DNA of 64,000 nt, taken from NCBI GenBank assembly GCA_963745835.1, contig CAVUZH010000013.1:288001-352000 (forward strand), given 5' to 3'. A program made the translations under genes and the position numbers. Shown one piece after another: positions 52,224 to 61,053 of the stretch. The notes under the pieces are model-generated. The model was not told the origin of the DNA. It made no database searches and saw only the letters and a list, made by a program, of their open reading frames with translations. Position 1 is the first letter of the stretch. Every line of letters starts with the position of its first letter. The DNA comes from an uncultured delta proteobacterium (lineage in GTDB: Bacteria; Desulfobacterota; Binatia; UBA9968).

Positions 52224-53870
52224 ATGCGAGTTGTTGATGCCATCAGCCAAATTCTTAAACGTGAAGGTGTTGATTTTCTTGCTTGCTACCCAACCAATAC
52301 CCTGATCGAGGCTGCCGCGGCGGCGGGGATCAAACCGTTGATCTGTCGTCAAGAAAGAGTCGGTGTCGGCATCGCCGACGGTTATACCCGGATCTCAAAT
52401 GGCCGGCGCATTGGCGTGTTTACGATGCAGGCGGGGCCCGGAGCGGAAAACGCCTATTCAGGCATTACTACTGCCTATTCCGACTCGGTTCCAGTTCTGC
52501 TTTTACCGGTCGGGCACGCTCGATCCACTTCTCAGGTTCATCACTTCTTTAGATCAACGCAATCCTACGCGACGGTAACCAAGTGGACCGAAGAAATTGC
52601 CCTGGCTTCTCATACCAGCGATGTCATGCGACGCGCATTCAGCCTTTTGAAAATGGGCCGGCCCGGACCCGTGCTTGTTGAGATTCCGGCAGACGTAGCG
52701 ACTGAGGAGATGAACGATAACGAACTCATATATGCCCCGGTCAGACGCACGGTTAGTGGAGCAAATCCTCAGGATATCGCTGAAGCCGCGCGGATTCTGG
52801 TGCAAGCTCATTCACCAGTTATCATTGCCGGACAAGGCGTACTCTACGCCGAGGCATCGGATGAATTGGTCGAGCTTGCCGAATTGCTGCACGCGCCGGT
52901 GACCACGCCGCTCGAAGGCAAGAGCGCATTCCCGGAAACTCATCCATTGTCGCTCGGCACAGGCGCTGGGGTTATGCCCCCGACAGTGCACGAGTTTTTG
53001 CAGGCGGCCGATGTCGTATTCGCTATCGGCGCGAGTCTTACCCGGCATAGCATTGTCGCTGCGCCTATTCCTCCCGGCAAAACCATTATTCATGCGACCA
53101 ACGACGAGCGCGACCTCAATAAACACTATATCGCCGACGTTCCGATCCTAGGTGATGCCAAGCCGGTGCTCAGTCAACTGATTGAAGCAGTAAAAGATGC
53201 TCAAGGCGCGAACCGACCAAAAAAAGCGGATGCGGTAACCGCGAAGATTAAGGAAATAAGGGATCCCTGGCTAGAGCAGTGGATGCCTAAGCTCAGTTCC
53301 AAAGAAGTTCCGATTAACCCCTATCGGGTTTTTTGGGAGTTCATGCGCGCCATCGATCCCAGAGACGCGATTATCACTCATGATGCCGGGAGCCCGCGCA
53401 ATCAACTGGTTCCGTTTTATCAAGCGCCCATCCCGCGCAGTTACATCGGATGGGGAAAATCTCATGCGCTTGGCACCGGACTTGGGCTCATCATGGGCGC
53501 CAAATTGGCAGCACCAGAAAAATTCTGCGTCAACTTCATGGGCGATGCTGCCTTCGGCATGACCGGGCTGGACTTCGAAACGGCGGTCCGATGCAATATT
53601 CCGATCCTAACAGTCGTGTTGAACAATAATTTCATGGCCGCTGAAACGCGCCACATGGCGACCTCGCATAAACTTTTTGGCACGCAGAACGTCGGCGGCA
53701 ATTATGCGGATATTGGTCGGGCGCTCGGCGGTTGGAGCGAAAGAGTCGAGGATCCGGATAAAATCGCGCCGGCCTTCGAGCGCGCCAAGAAGGCCACACA
53801 GGACGGTAAGGCAGCGCTCTTGGAGTTCATCACCAGCCGTGAGCACCAGTATTCACGGATGGGCGAGTAA
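52224..53870 (+). CDS. Thiamine pyrophosphate-dependent enzyme (ALS-like family)
   Basis: CRQERVG, GRPGPVLVEIP, GDAAFGM...NN. Confidence 0.92.
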   Translation: MRVVDAISQILKREGVDFLACYPTNTLIEAAAAAGIKPLICRQERVGVGIADGYTRISNGRRIGVFTMQAGPGAENAYSGITTAYSDSVPVLLLPVGHARSTSQVHHFFRSTQSYATVTKWTEEIALASHTSDVMRRAFSLLKMGRPGPVLVEIPADVATEEMNDNELIYAPVRRTVSGANPQDIAEAARILVQAHSPVIIAGQGVLYAEASDELVELAELLHAPVTTPLEGKSAFPETHPLSLGTGAGVMPPTVHEFLQAADVVFAIGASLTRHSIVAAPIPPGKTIIHATNDERDLNKHYIADVPILGDAKPVLSQLIEAVKDAQGANRPKKADAVTAKIKEIRDPWLEQWMPKLSSKEVPINPYRVFWEFMRAIDPRDAIITHDAGSPRNQLVPFYQAPIPRSYIGWGKSHALGTGLGLIMGAKLAAPEKFCVNFMGDAAFGMTGLDFETAVRCNIPILTVVLNNNFMAAETRHMATSHKLFGTQNVGGNYADIGRALGGWSERVEDPDKIAPAFERAKKATQDGKAALLEFITSREHQYSRMGE

Positions 53871-53985
53871 AGAGATTCGATGCGCACGACCTAGGGGTTG
53901 AATAGCTGATTGCTGTGATCGCCACTGCCACGACTCGCCAACCTTGTCAGGTTTATTGACTAAATGAAGATGAATTGATAGCTGC

Positions 53986-54312
53986 ATGTGGATGAAGGCG
54001 GTGATTTGTCACGGGGTGGTGGTGATTTTTTTTCTCTTCGGCGGATTAGCCGTGCATTCTTTCCAACCCGAAAGCTATGCTCAGAGCTTTGCCGAAGATT
54101 TTGAGGTTTTTGACCGACAAGACGATTCGATGAATTCCTCCACCATTCGCAGGCTTCGTGCCGGCAACCCCAGATTAGGAACGCCGCCCGCGCGAACAGC
54201 GACGGCCAGCGAAAATTTATTTCGAACTGTCTTTCTTAACCGCACAACTCCTCTGCCCACCCACAGTAGCAAACAAGATCTCCACACTTTTGACGTCGTT
54301 TTGCGCATCTAA
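53986..54312 (+). CDS. Hypothetical small exported/membrane protein
   Basis: Hydrophobic N-terminus; C-terminus VVLRI. Confidence 0.45.
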   Translation: MWMKAVICHGVVVIFFLFGGLAVHSFQPESYAQSFAEDFEVFDRQDDSMNSSTIRRLRAGNPRLGTPPARTATASENLFRTVFLNRTTPLPTHSSKQDLHTFDVVLRI

Positions 54313-54394
54313 CACCACCGCTGCTCTAAACCTTGCCTGTATTGAAACCAGGGCCTCCGATTGCCCGCATAAGTTAGACGTGAAGGGATATACA

Positions 54395-55321
54395 ATGGAT
54401 TCGCAAGTGTTGTTGTGGGTCGTTTTTAACATCTTTGTTTTAGGCATACTGGCCATCGACCTGCTAGTGCTCCATCGCAAAGCGCACGCTGTTTCATTGC
54501 GGGAGGCCTTGGCTTGGAGCTGCGTCTGGGTCTCCCTGGCCCTTCTTTTCGGCATCGGAATCTACTTTTTTCGCGGTGGGGAAAAGGCGCTGGAGTTTCT
54601 GACCGGCTATGTCATCGAGTGGTCCTTGAGTGTGGATAATCTTTTTGTTTTCCTGGTAATTTTTTCATACTTCGCAGTTCCCTCTATGTACCAGCACCGA
54701 GTCTTATTCTGGGGCATTTTAGGGGCACTGGTCTTGCGCGCCATCTTTATTGCCACCGGGGCAGCCTTGCTGGCCAACTTTCACTGGATGATTTATGTCT
54801 TCGGCGGCTTCCTCATCTTCACCGGAATCAAGTTGCTGTTTGTTGGCGAAGAAAAAATTGAGCCGGAAAAAAATCCGGCTGTCCGTTTGGTGCGGCGCTT
54901 CATCAACGTGACCCCGGAGTACCACGGACAACAATTTTTTATCCGTAAAGATGGCAGCCTGTGGGCCACCCCTCTCTTCCTGGTGCTTGTCGTCGTCGAG
55001 ACCACCGATGTTATTTTCGCTGTCGATTCAATCCCGGCCATCTTCGCTATCACTTTAGACCCGTTCATCGTCTATACCTCTAATGTCTTTGCCATCCTTG
55101 GACTTCGGGCTCTTTTCTTCCTCCTGGCGGGAGTCATGGAGATGTTCCGCTATCTTAGGGTTGGTCTAGCCTTCGTGCTCTGTTTCGTCGGCGCGAAGAT
55201 GCTGATTGCCGAGTTTTACAAAGTCCCCATTGGCATGTCGTTAGGCGTGGTCGGCGGGATCTTGCTGATTTCCATTCTGGCGTCTGTGCTCAAGCAACAC
55301 CAAGAAGACAAAGCGCTATAG
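54395..55321 (+). CDS. terC: TerC/Alx family membrane protein
   Basis: SLSVDNLFVF, QHRVLFWGILGA, DVIFAVDSIPA, FAILGLR. Confidence 0.93.
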   Translation: MDSQVLLWVVFNIFVLGILAIDLLVLHRKAHAVSLREALAWSCVWVSLALLFGIGIYFFRGGEKALEFLTGYVIEWSLSVDNLFVFLVIFSYFAVPSMYQHRVLFWGILGALVLRAIFIATGAALLANFHWMIYVFGGFLIFTGIKLLFVGEEKIEPEKNPAVRLVRRFINVTPEYHGQQFFIRKDGSLWATPLFLVLVVVETTDVIFAVDSIPAIFAITLDPFIVYTSNVFAILGLRALFFLLAGVMEMFRYLRVGLAFVLCFVGAKMLIAEFYKVPIGMSLGVVGGILLISILASVLKQHQEDKAL

Positions 55322-55519
55322 TCATGCCTCGGATTTGCCCGGGTTTCAGAGCAGGCCAGCCGCAAAGAATTATAATCGGAGCATTGACCCGTTGCGCTTG
55401 ATCACGTCACGCCGACCAATGTATGTTGTGTCCGCTATTGACCGGACTCTCTGGCCTTAGCGTATGGCAATCACGCCGCGGCGGTGTGTTAGTTTAATCA
55501 ATGGGCAGGTAACGTCATA

Positions 55520-56554
55520 GTGGGAAATAATAAAATGATTCCATCGATCGCAATGAGATCAAAGCTGGTTCTCTCGATCAGCTTGATGCTTTTCTGTTTC
55601 AGCAATGAAATTTTGGCTCAGACACTCGATCAGGAGGCGGCGAAAAAGGAAAGTAGAATTGTCGTCTACGGCACGACAATTCCGAACGTCATGGCGCCTA
55701 TTCATACCGGGTTTGAAAAAAAATACGGAGTTAAAGTCGATTATTGGCGCGCATCGGCCACCGCCGTTGTTGACCGAGCGATCACCGAGTGGCGTGCCGG
55801 CAAACCGGGCTTCGACGTTCTATTTGCAATCAACGGAACGATAGCTCTGCTTAAACGCGAAAATGCGCTGGCCAAGTTTAACGCGCCAGCAGCGGCCAAG
55901 TTTCCCGCCCACTTGAAAGACAAGGATGGCGTGCTGACTGCCTTTCGCCATACTCCCGTGAGCATTCTCTACAACACAGAACTGGTGAAGCCCGCCGATC
56001 TGCCGAAAAATTTCGATGATCTCTTGAATCCAAAATGGCAAGGCAAAATCGCCATGCCCGATCCTTCCAGGCACACCAGTACCGCGCAGTTTCTCTGGAA
56101 CATGCAGAAAGTTAAAGGTGAGAAGTGGATGGATTACGCCAGAGCGCTTGCGAAACAGAAGCCGTTTTTGCTGGAGTCGTTCGCGCCTGTGCCGACTGCC
56201 TTAGTAAAGGGTGAAGCGCAACTTGGGATCACTTACGCGCAGTATATTACTCAGGTGAAGGGGCCGCTCAGCCATGTCGTTTTCGACAAAGTCTTGACCG
56301 ATTCGACCGATCTCGCTCTCAGCGCCAAAGCTGCGGCTCCCAACGCGGCCAAGCTCTACATCGATTATCTCTGCACCGCGGATGCGCAAAAGATCATCGC
56401 CGACAGCGGCGACTTCCCGATTGCTCCCGGCATCTATCCCAATCTTAAAGACGCCGAGCGAGTGGTGGCTCATGCACTCTTCATGGAAAATCCATCAGAC
56501 GAACAGTTCACCAAACTCAAGGAAGACTTCCGCAAGATTTTCTTGACGCAGTGA
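55520..56554 (+). CDS. FbpA/AfuA-like extracellular solute-binding protein, orphan
   Basis: AAKKESRIVVY, DLLNPKWQGKI, APNAAKLYIDY. Confidence 0.88.
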   Translation: MGNNKMIPSIAMRSKLVLSISLMLFCFSNEILAQTLDQEAAKKESRIVVYGTTIPNVMAPIHTGFEKKYGVKVDYWRASATAVVDRAITEWRAGKPGFDVLFAINGTIALLKRENALAKFNAPAAAKFPAHLKDKDGVLTAFRHTPVSILYNTELVKPADLPKNFDDLLNPKWQGKIAMPDPSRHTSTAQFLWNMQKVKGEKWMDYARALAKQKPFLLESFAPVPTALVKGEAQLGITYAQYITQVKGPLSHVVFDKVLTDSTDLALSAKAAAPNAAKLYIDYLCTADAQKIIADSGDFPIAPGIYPNLKDAERVVAHALFMENPSDEQFTKLKEDFRKIFLTQ

Positions 56555-56626
56555 GGAGACTTGAGCTTTTCTCACCTCTGAGCCGGACTGGTGTTTTCAG
56601 CGCAGCGCATGACCACTCGCGACTAG

Positions 56627-57682
56627 TCATCGGTCGGTGGAAGCCCAAAAAGGTGGATTGCTTCTGAAGATATTCTTAGGAATTTTGGCGTAGACAAGAT
56701 TGACGATGTCCACCGCTTCACCGATTCCCAGATCCACGGCCAAGCTCGACAACGCATACGCATCGGCGGCGGTCAAACCTTTTTCAGCCTGCAGAAAGTC
56801 AACGGTTTCTTGCACCGCGATCCGAGTCGCCTCGTTAAGATCAACGCTAAGCCCCGTCAACAAATAATCCGTGGCCGTTTCGGCCCGCGGCAGCTTGATA
56901 GTCTTGCCTTTATGAAGAAGGAATTGCAGCTTCGGCGCCAATGAGATTTCGATGGCGCCGCCATCAACCTCACCATCGCCTTGCACGGCGTGACCGTCAC
57001 CGGTAAAAAACTGCCCTCCGTTGTTGAACACCGGAAGATACAGTGAGGAACCTACACCCAGAAATTTCAAATCCATATTGCCGCCCCAAGCGCCCGGCGG
57101 CGTTGAAGATACCATACCAAGGCTGGTCGGCGGCGACACCGCCATGATCCCCATGAACGGATTGAGTGGAATTTCGATTTCGCTGGAGAAGAGTGCGACT
57201 CGCCGCTCGAGATCGAGCCGGATCAGCTTGGCCGACTGTTCTTTTAGCAGCTTGGGCAGCACACCTTTACCAGGCCCGGTATTGTTCACTCCATAAGGCA
57301 CGCGGAACCTGATATCGAGCACGCGAACCTCCAAAGTATCGCCCGGCTCCGCCCCTTCGATGTAAATCGGTCCGGTGAGAATATGAACACTTGCCCCTTT
57401 TGGACGCTTCACACCGGAGAAGACCGCCTTTGCGTCAGGCAAAACTTCCTCGCCTGGTATACCGTAGCTGGCGAAAAATCTTTCAGGATCCATCTGCGTC
57501 GTCAGGCCCTGATGCGAGAGCGCTTCGATCTCGACGACGGCGCCGGATTTGATACTCAGCGCCGGTGGCAGATTCGCCGCGATATAGCCCCATAGGACGG
57601 TGTCGGGCCCGGAACGAAGCGTAGCATCCGTAACCGACTGTTTGATTTGTTGATTTGTGTGAGTCGTTATGTCCTCGCTCAT
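56627..57682 (-). CDS. Acetamidase/formamidase family protein
   Basis: HILTGPIYIEGAEPGD, GGNMD, GDGHAVQGDGEV. Confidence 0.92.
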   Translation of the reverse strand: MSEDITTHTNQQIKQSVTDATLRSGPDTVLWGYIAANLPPALSIKSGAVVEIEALSHQGLTTQMDPERFFASYGIPGEEVLPDAKAVFSGVKRPKGASVHILTGPIYIEGAEPGDTLEVRVLDIRFRVPYGVNNTGPGKGVLPKLLKEQSAKLIRLDLERRVALFSSEIEIPLNPFMGIMAVSPPTSLGMVSSTPPGAWGGNMDLKFLGVGSSLYLPVFNNGGQFFTGDGHAVQGDGEVDGGAIEISLAPKLQFLLHKGKTIKLPRAETATDYLLTGLSVDLNEATRIAVQETVDFLQAEKGLTAADAYALSSLAVDLGIGEAVDIVNLVYAKIPKNIFRSNPPFWASTDR

Positions 57683-58119
57683 ATGCCACGGCACCCTAGC
57701 GGAAACGAGCGCAGACTGTCAACGAAGATGGGCGAAGTCATCAATCTGAACGCTCAGTGATTCGCCCCTTGAATGAATGTCAACCGGGCGCTCACGGATA
57801 GTAACCAACGTGCGAGGACTTGCACAGAAGCGCTTTGCGTTCATAACAGGCCTCCCGATGCCTCAACGGCAACTCCGGCGGCTTAGCTGACTTCGGCTAC
57901 TCTCATCGACGTTCATTGTTCTCAGCCCCTAAGCATCGCGGGCGTCGACATCACCTGTGTCAGTGATGCCACCGGCATTGGGCAGCCCTGTCAAACGACC
58001 TGCCCTAAAGTTCTTTTGATTACAAGTAACTACTAGCTTCTGCCCTGGAACAAAGTATGCATCTGCCTGCGAACCTGAAAGAAATCGCTAGGCAAATTTT
58101 GCGACATCTGGAGTTTCCA

Positions 58120-58743
58120 ATGTATAAGAGACTAATCGTTTTGTGCTTTGCGCTCGCGAGCGCTACTCCGGCTTCGCCGTCACCAACTCAGGCTCACGAC
58201 GGACGGCTGGATCAATTCGGGTGTCATCACGATCAGGATCAAAAGTACTATCATTGCCATGATGGCCCTTATAGGCGGCTGAGCTTCGATTCCAAAACTC
58301 AGATGGTTCAAAGATTGAGAAATCAGTACATCGCTTTGGGGCGCACGTGGCCGTATGCAGATGCGACAACGACCCCCGAGCAGCCGGGCGCGATCGTAGA
58401 AACCACCCTTGAGCCGGAAGCGGCTCCATTCGATGTGATCAAGGAAGCTCGTTCAGTGAATCGTGCGCAACCCAACAACCGAAGCCAGCACATTTCTCGT
58501 AAGGAAATGGCTAAGCCGACCAATCCTGAAAACTCTCAAACGCATCACAAAATAGAGACTATTGCGAAAAAAGCGCCGGCGCCGCAATCTGAAATACGTC
58601 GAAAGCGAACCGAACCGGAACTGAAGGTATGGGTGACTCAGATTCGAGCTGACGGTCGCCCGATATTCGAGAGTAAAGAAGGGGAACGTTTTTTCTTGGA
58701 TGACAGTGGAACCAAAATTCTGCTAGAGCGCCGCGAATCCTAA
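58120..58743 (+). CDS. Secreted protein with an N-terminal His/Cys (YHYH-like) motif
   Basis: Signal peptide, then AHDGRLDQFGCHHDQDQKYYHCH. Confidence 0.7.
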   Translation: MYKRLIVLCFALASATPASPSPTQAHDGRLDQFGCHHDQDQKYYHCHDGPYRRLSFDSKTQMVQRLRNQYIALGRTWPYADATTTPEQPGAIVETTLEPEAAPFDVIKEARSVNRAQPNNRSQHISRKEMAKPTNPENSQTHHKIETIAKKAPAPQSEIRRKRTEPELKVWVTQIRADGRPIFESKEGERFFLDDSGTKILLERRES

Positions 58744-58829
58744 AACTCTGGGAGCGAGGAATCCATTGATCCAGTCGCTTCCCGCTCCATTATCTGCACG
58801 ATCCGAAGATCATTTGACTGACGCACGCA

Positions 58830-59039
58830 TTAAAACACGAACGCCAACAGTATCAAAAAAACCCCCAGTAAAGCGGAAGCCGGAGCTATAAAAGGCACAT
58901 ATCGAAAGCGGCCTTCCAATTGATCAAAAAAAAGATCGATTTGCTCAAATCGCCGCCGAAGATCGCGCACCAGGAAAAAAGCTACCCCTACAATAATCAG
59001 TCCCATCCCCCACGCCGCCAGCAAATCCGATCGCGTCAC
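58830..59039 (-). CDS. Small two-TM hypothetical protein
   Basis: Two hydrophobic segments separated by a charged helix. Confidence 0.55.
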   Translation of the reverse strand: MTRSDLLAAWGMGLIIVGVAFFLVRDLRRRFEQIDLFFDQLEGRFRYVPFIAPASALLGVFLILLAFVF

Positions 59040-59271
59040 AGCGAATTTTTTAACATAATCCGCATCTGAAGCAAACTAGGACACGACCACGACGCACTTT
59101 GTTACAAGACAGCGGGTTCATCCTAAGGTGAGCTAGTGACAAGTCTGGAGTTACTTGAGGCGTTCAGACTACTTGCGACTCCTTCCGCCAAAATCAGTCT
59201 CTGCACGTTCGAATTTGGATCCCGTTTACTGCTACAATAGTCTCTTAGTCTCCTACAGCTCACCTCAACCA

Positions 59272-59457
59272 ATGCGCAAATTATTAAACGTAGACCAGGT
59301 CGCTCAGCTCTTCGGCGTTTCTAAGCGGACCATTGAAGGGTGGATAAGGGACGGCAAATTACCAAAGCCGACAAGGCGATTCGGCATCCGTAAATGGAAC
59401 AGCGAGCAGCTGGAGCCGCTCCGTAAAAGCGGACGAAGCAGTGAGCAACACGATTGA
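59272..59457 (+). CDS. Excisionase/AlpA-like helix-turn-helix protein
   Basis: LLNVDQVAQLFGVSKRTIEGWIRDGKLPKP. Confidence 0.8.
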   Translation: MRKLLNVDQVAQLFGVSKRTIEGWIRDGKLPKPTRRFGIRKWNSEQLEPLRKSGRSSEQHD

Positions 59458-59793
59458 GCAGTTGGGAAACTAGCGCTATGAAGCTTGTCTGTTCCTCGAG
59501 TAAATGGCCGGCTTGCAACTCTTACCGCATTCTGAGTCCTTGCGCTTGGTACACGAAGGTGTAATTTCTGATTTCTCAGCGGCCGCTGAATTTCGCTCCT
59601 GCTTCATTCGCCCGCTGAGTTGTCAGCAAAACGGCGTGGCGGAATGGTCTCCGAATCGAGAATGAGGTTCGCATCTTAAAAGCTGCGCCGGTTAATACCG
59701 TCCGAACGCACCAACATCTAAACCGCACTTCACTATTTTGTCCTTCGAAGATCAGCCTCGAGCAATCAGCTCACCCGAAGAAAACACGGATGT

Positions 59794-60906
59794 TTACGTG
59801 ATGAACCTGGCGGGCGAAAAAGCTTCGGCCTTTTTGCCAGCTCCAGCAATTATCAAGTCTGCTGCGAGCGCACCCACCGCCGAGCTGGTCGTTACTCCAT
59901 GCCCGCCGAGCCCCACCACCCAGAAAAACCCCTCAAGGTAGGGATCCCAGCCAATGACAAAACGACCATCGCTTGAGATCGTTCTAAAGCCAGCCCAGTA
60001 TTTGTGAATCGACACGCCTTCCAGTGCGGGCATGTAGCGCTGAATCTTTTCCGCAAGCAGTTCACCAATCGTCGGATCCAGTGGCGGGTCACCAGGGGCC
60101 AATTCCTCCTGATCACAAGCGCAAAGTAGCAGCCCCTCGCCCTCGGGGCGAAAATAAATATCATGTGTCACATCCCAGACAAAAGGCCACCGCGAATCGA
60201 CCCAAGTTAATGGCGGCGAGGTAAATAGATGGCGGCGGTAGGGACGGAGCGGTAACGCACTAGCTCCGGCCATTTGCGCCACGACATTGGCCCACGCGCC
60301 GCTAGCGTTTATTAGAATAGGCGTAGTAACCATTTGATTCTTGGTGCGCAGTTCGAAGGCACCATCTGCCGTGCGCCGGATGGCGCAAACATCAGCCCCA
60401 TAATGAACTTTCGCCCCATGAGCAGTGGCGTACTTCAAATAGCCCGAGAGCAGTCCATGAATATCGACAACCCCATCGGTAGCGCACCATATAGCGCCGT
60501 CAAACTGCGCATCCTGTAAAGCAGCGACATGCCGCCGCGCCTGGCCAGGCGTCCACAGCTCCACCTCCACCCCTAAACTGCGACCGATCTCGGCTTCCTT
60601 TTGCAGCTTTTTCCAACCGTCAGCGCTACCGAGCAGGAGTGAGCCATTCTGTTTGAACTGCACAGGGTCGGGCCAGTCGCCGGGCAAGTTACGCAAGAAA
60701 GCGGCGCCGTCTCGGGTCAGATCAAAGAGAGCAGGCTCAGAGACGCATTGACGAATCATCGCCGCATTTCGACCCGACGAATGAAAGCCGGGGATAGCTT
60801 CTTGTTCCAGCAGGATCACATCGGCTACACCGCGACGGGCGAGATGATAAGCGGTGGCGGCACCGGCAAAACCAGCACCGATGATTACACACTCAGCGGA
60901 AATCAT
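59794..60906 (-). CDS. FAD-dependent oxidoreductase (DAO/sarcosine oxidase beta-like)
   Basis: IIGAGFAG, SGRNAA, WAGFR, GLGGHG. Confidence 0.9.
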   Translation of the reverse strand: MISAECVIIGAGFAGAATAYHLARRGVADVILLEQEAIPGFHSSGRNAAMIRQCVSEPALFDLTRDGAAFLRNLPGDWPDPVQFKQNGSLLLGSADGWKKLQKEAEIGRSLGVEVELWTPGQARRHVAALQDAQFDGAIWCATDGVVDIHGLLSGYLKYATAHGAKVHYGADVCAIRRTADGAFELRTKNQMVTTPILINASGAWANVVAQMAGASALPLRPYRRHLFTSPPLTWVDSRWPFVWDVTHDIYFRPEGEGLLLCACDQEELAPGDPPLDPTIGELLAEKIQRYMPALEGVSIHKYWAGFRTISSDGRFVIGWDPYLEGFFWVVGLGGHGVTTSSAVGALAADLIIAGAGKKAEAFSPARFIT

Positions 60907-61053
60907 ACTTCAGATCGATCCTTCGAAGATATTCATAGCGGATTCTGGTTGATTCGGCCATACGAACAGATCCTTTACGCCTCCCATTTACCCTTTCATT
61001 CGTGTGCAAAATAGGGTTTTTTTCACTTATGAACTGGGCTATAGTCAAGCCAT

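Noticed and set aside
53871-54394. yybP-ykoY Mn riboswitch upstream of terC
   Set aside because: The expected GGGGAGUAG...GAGACC conserved elements were not found by eye.
59500-59560. tRNA-like or att remnant beside the excisionase-like gene
   Set aside because: Only a short ATTCTGAGTCC resemblance, with no cloverleaf or direct repeat.
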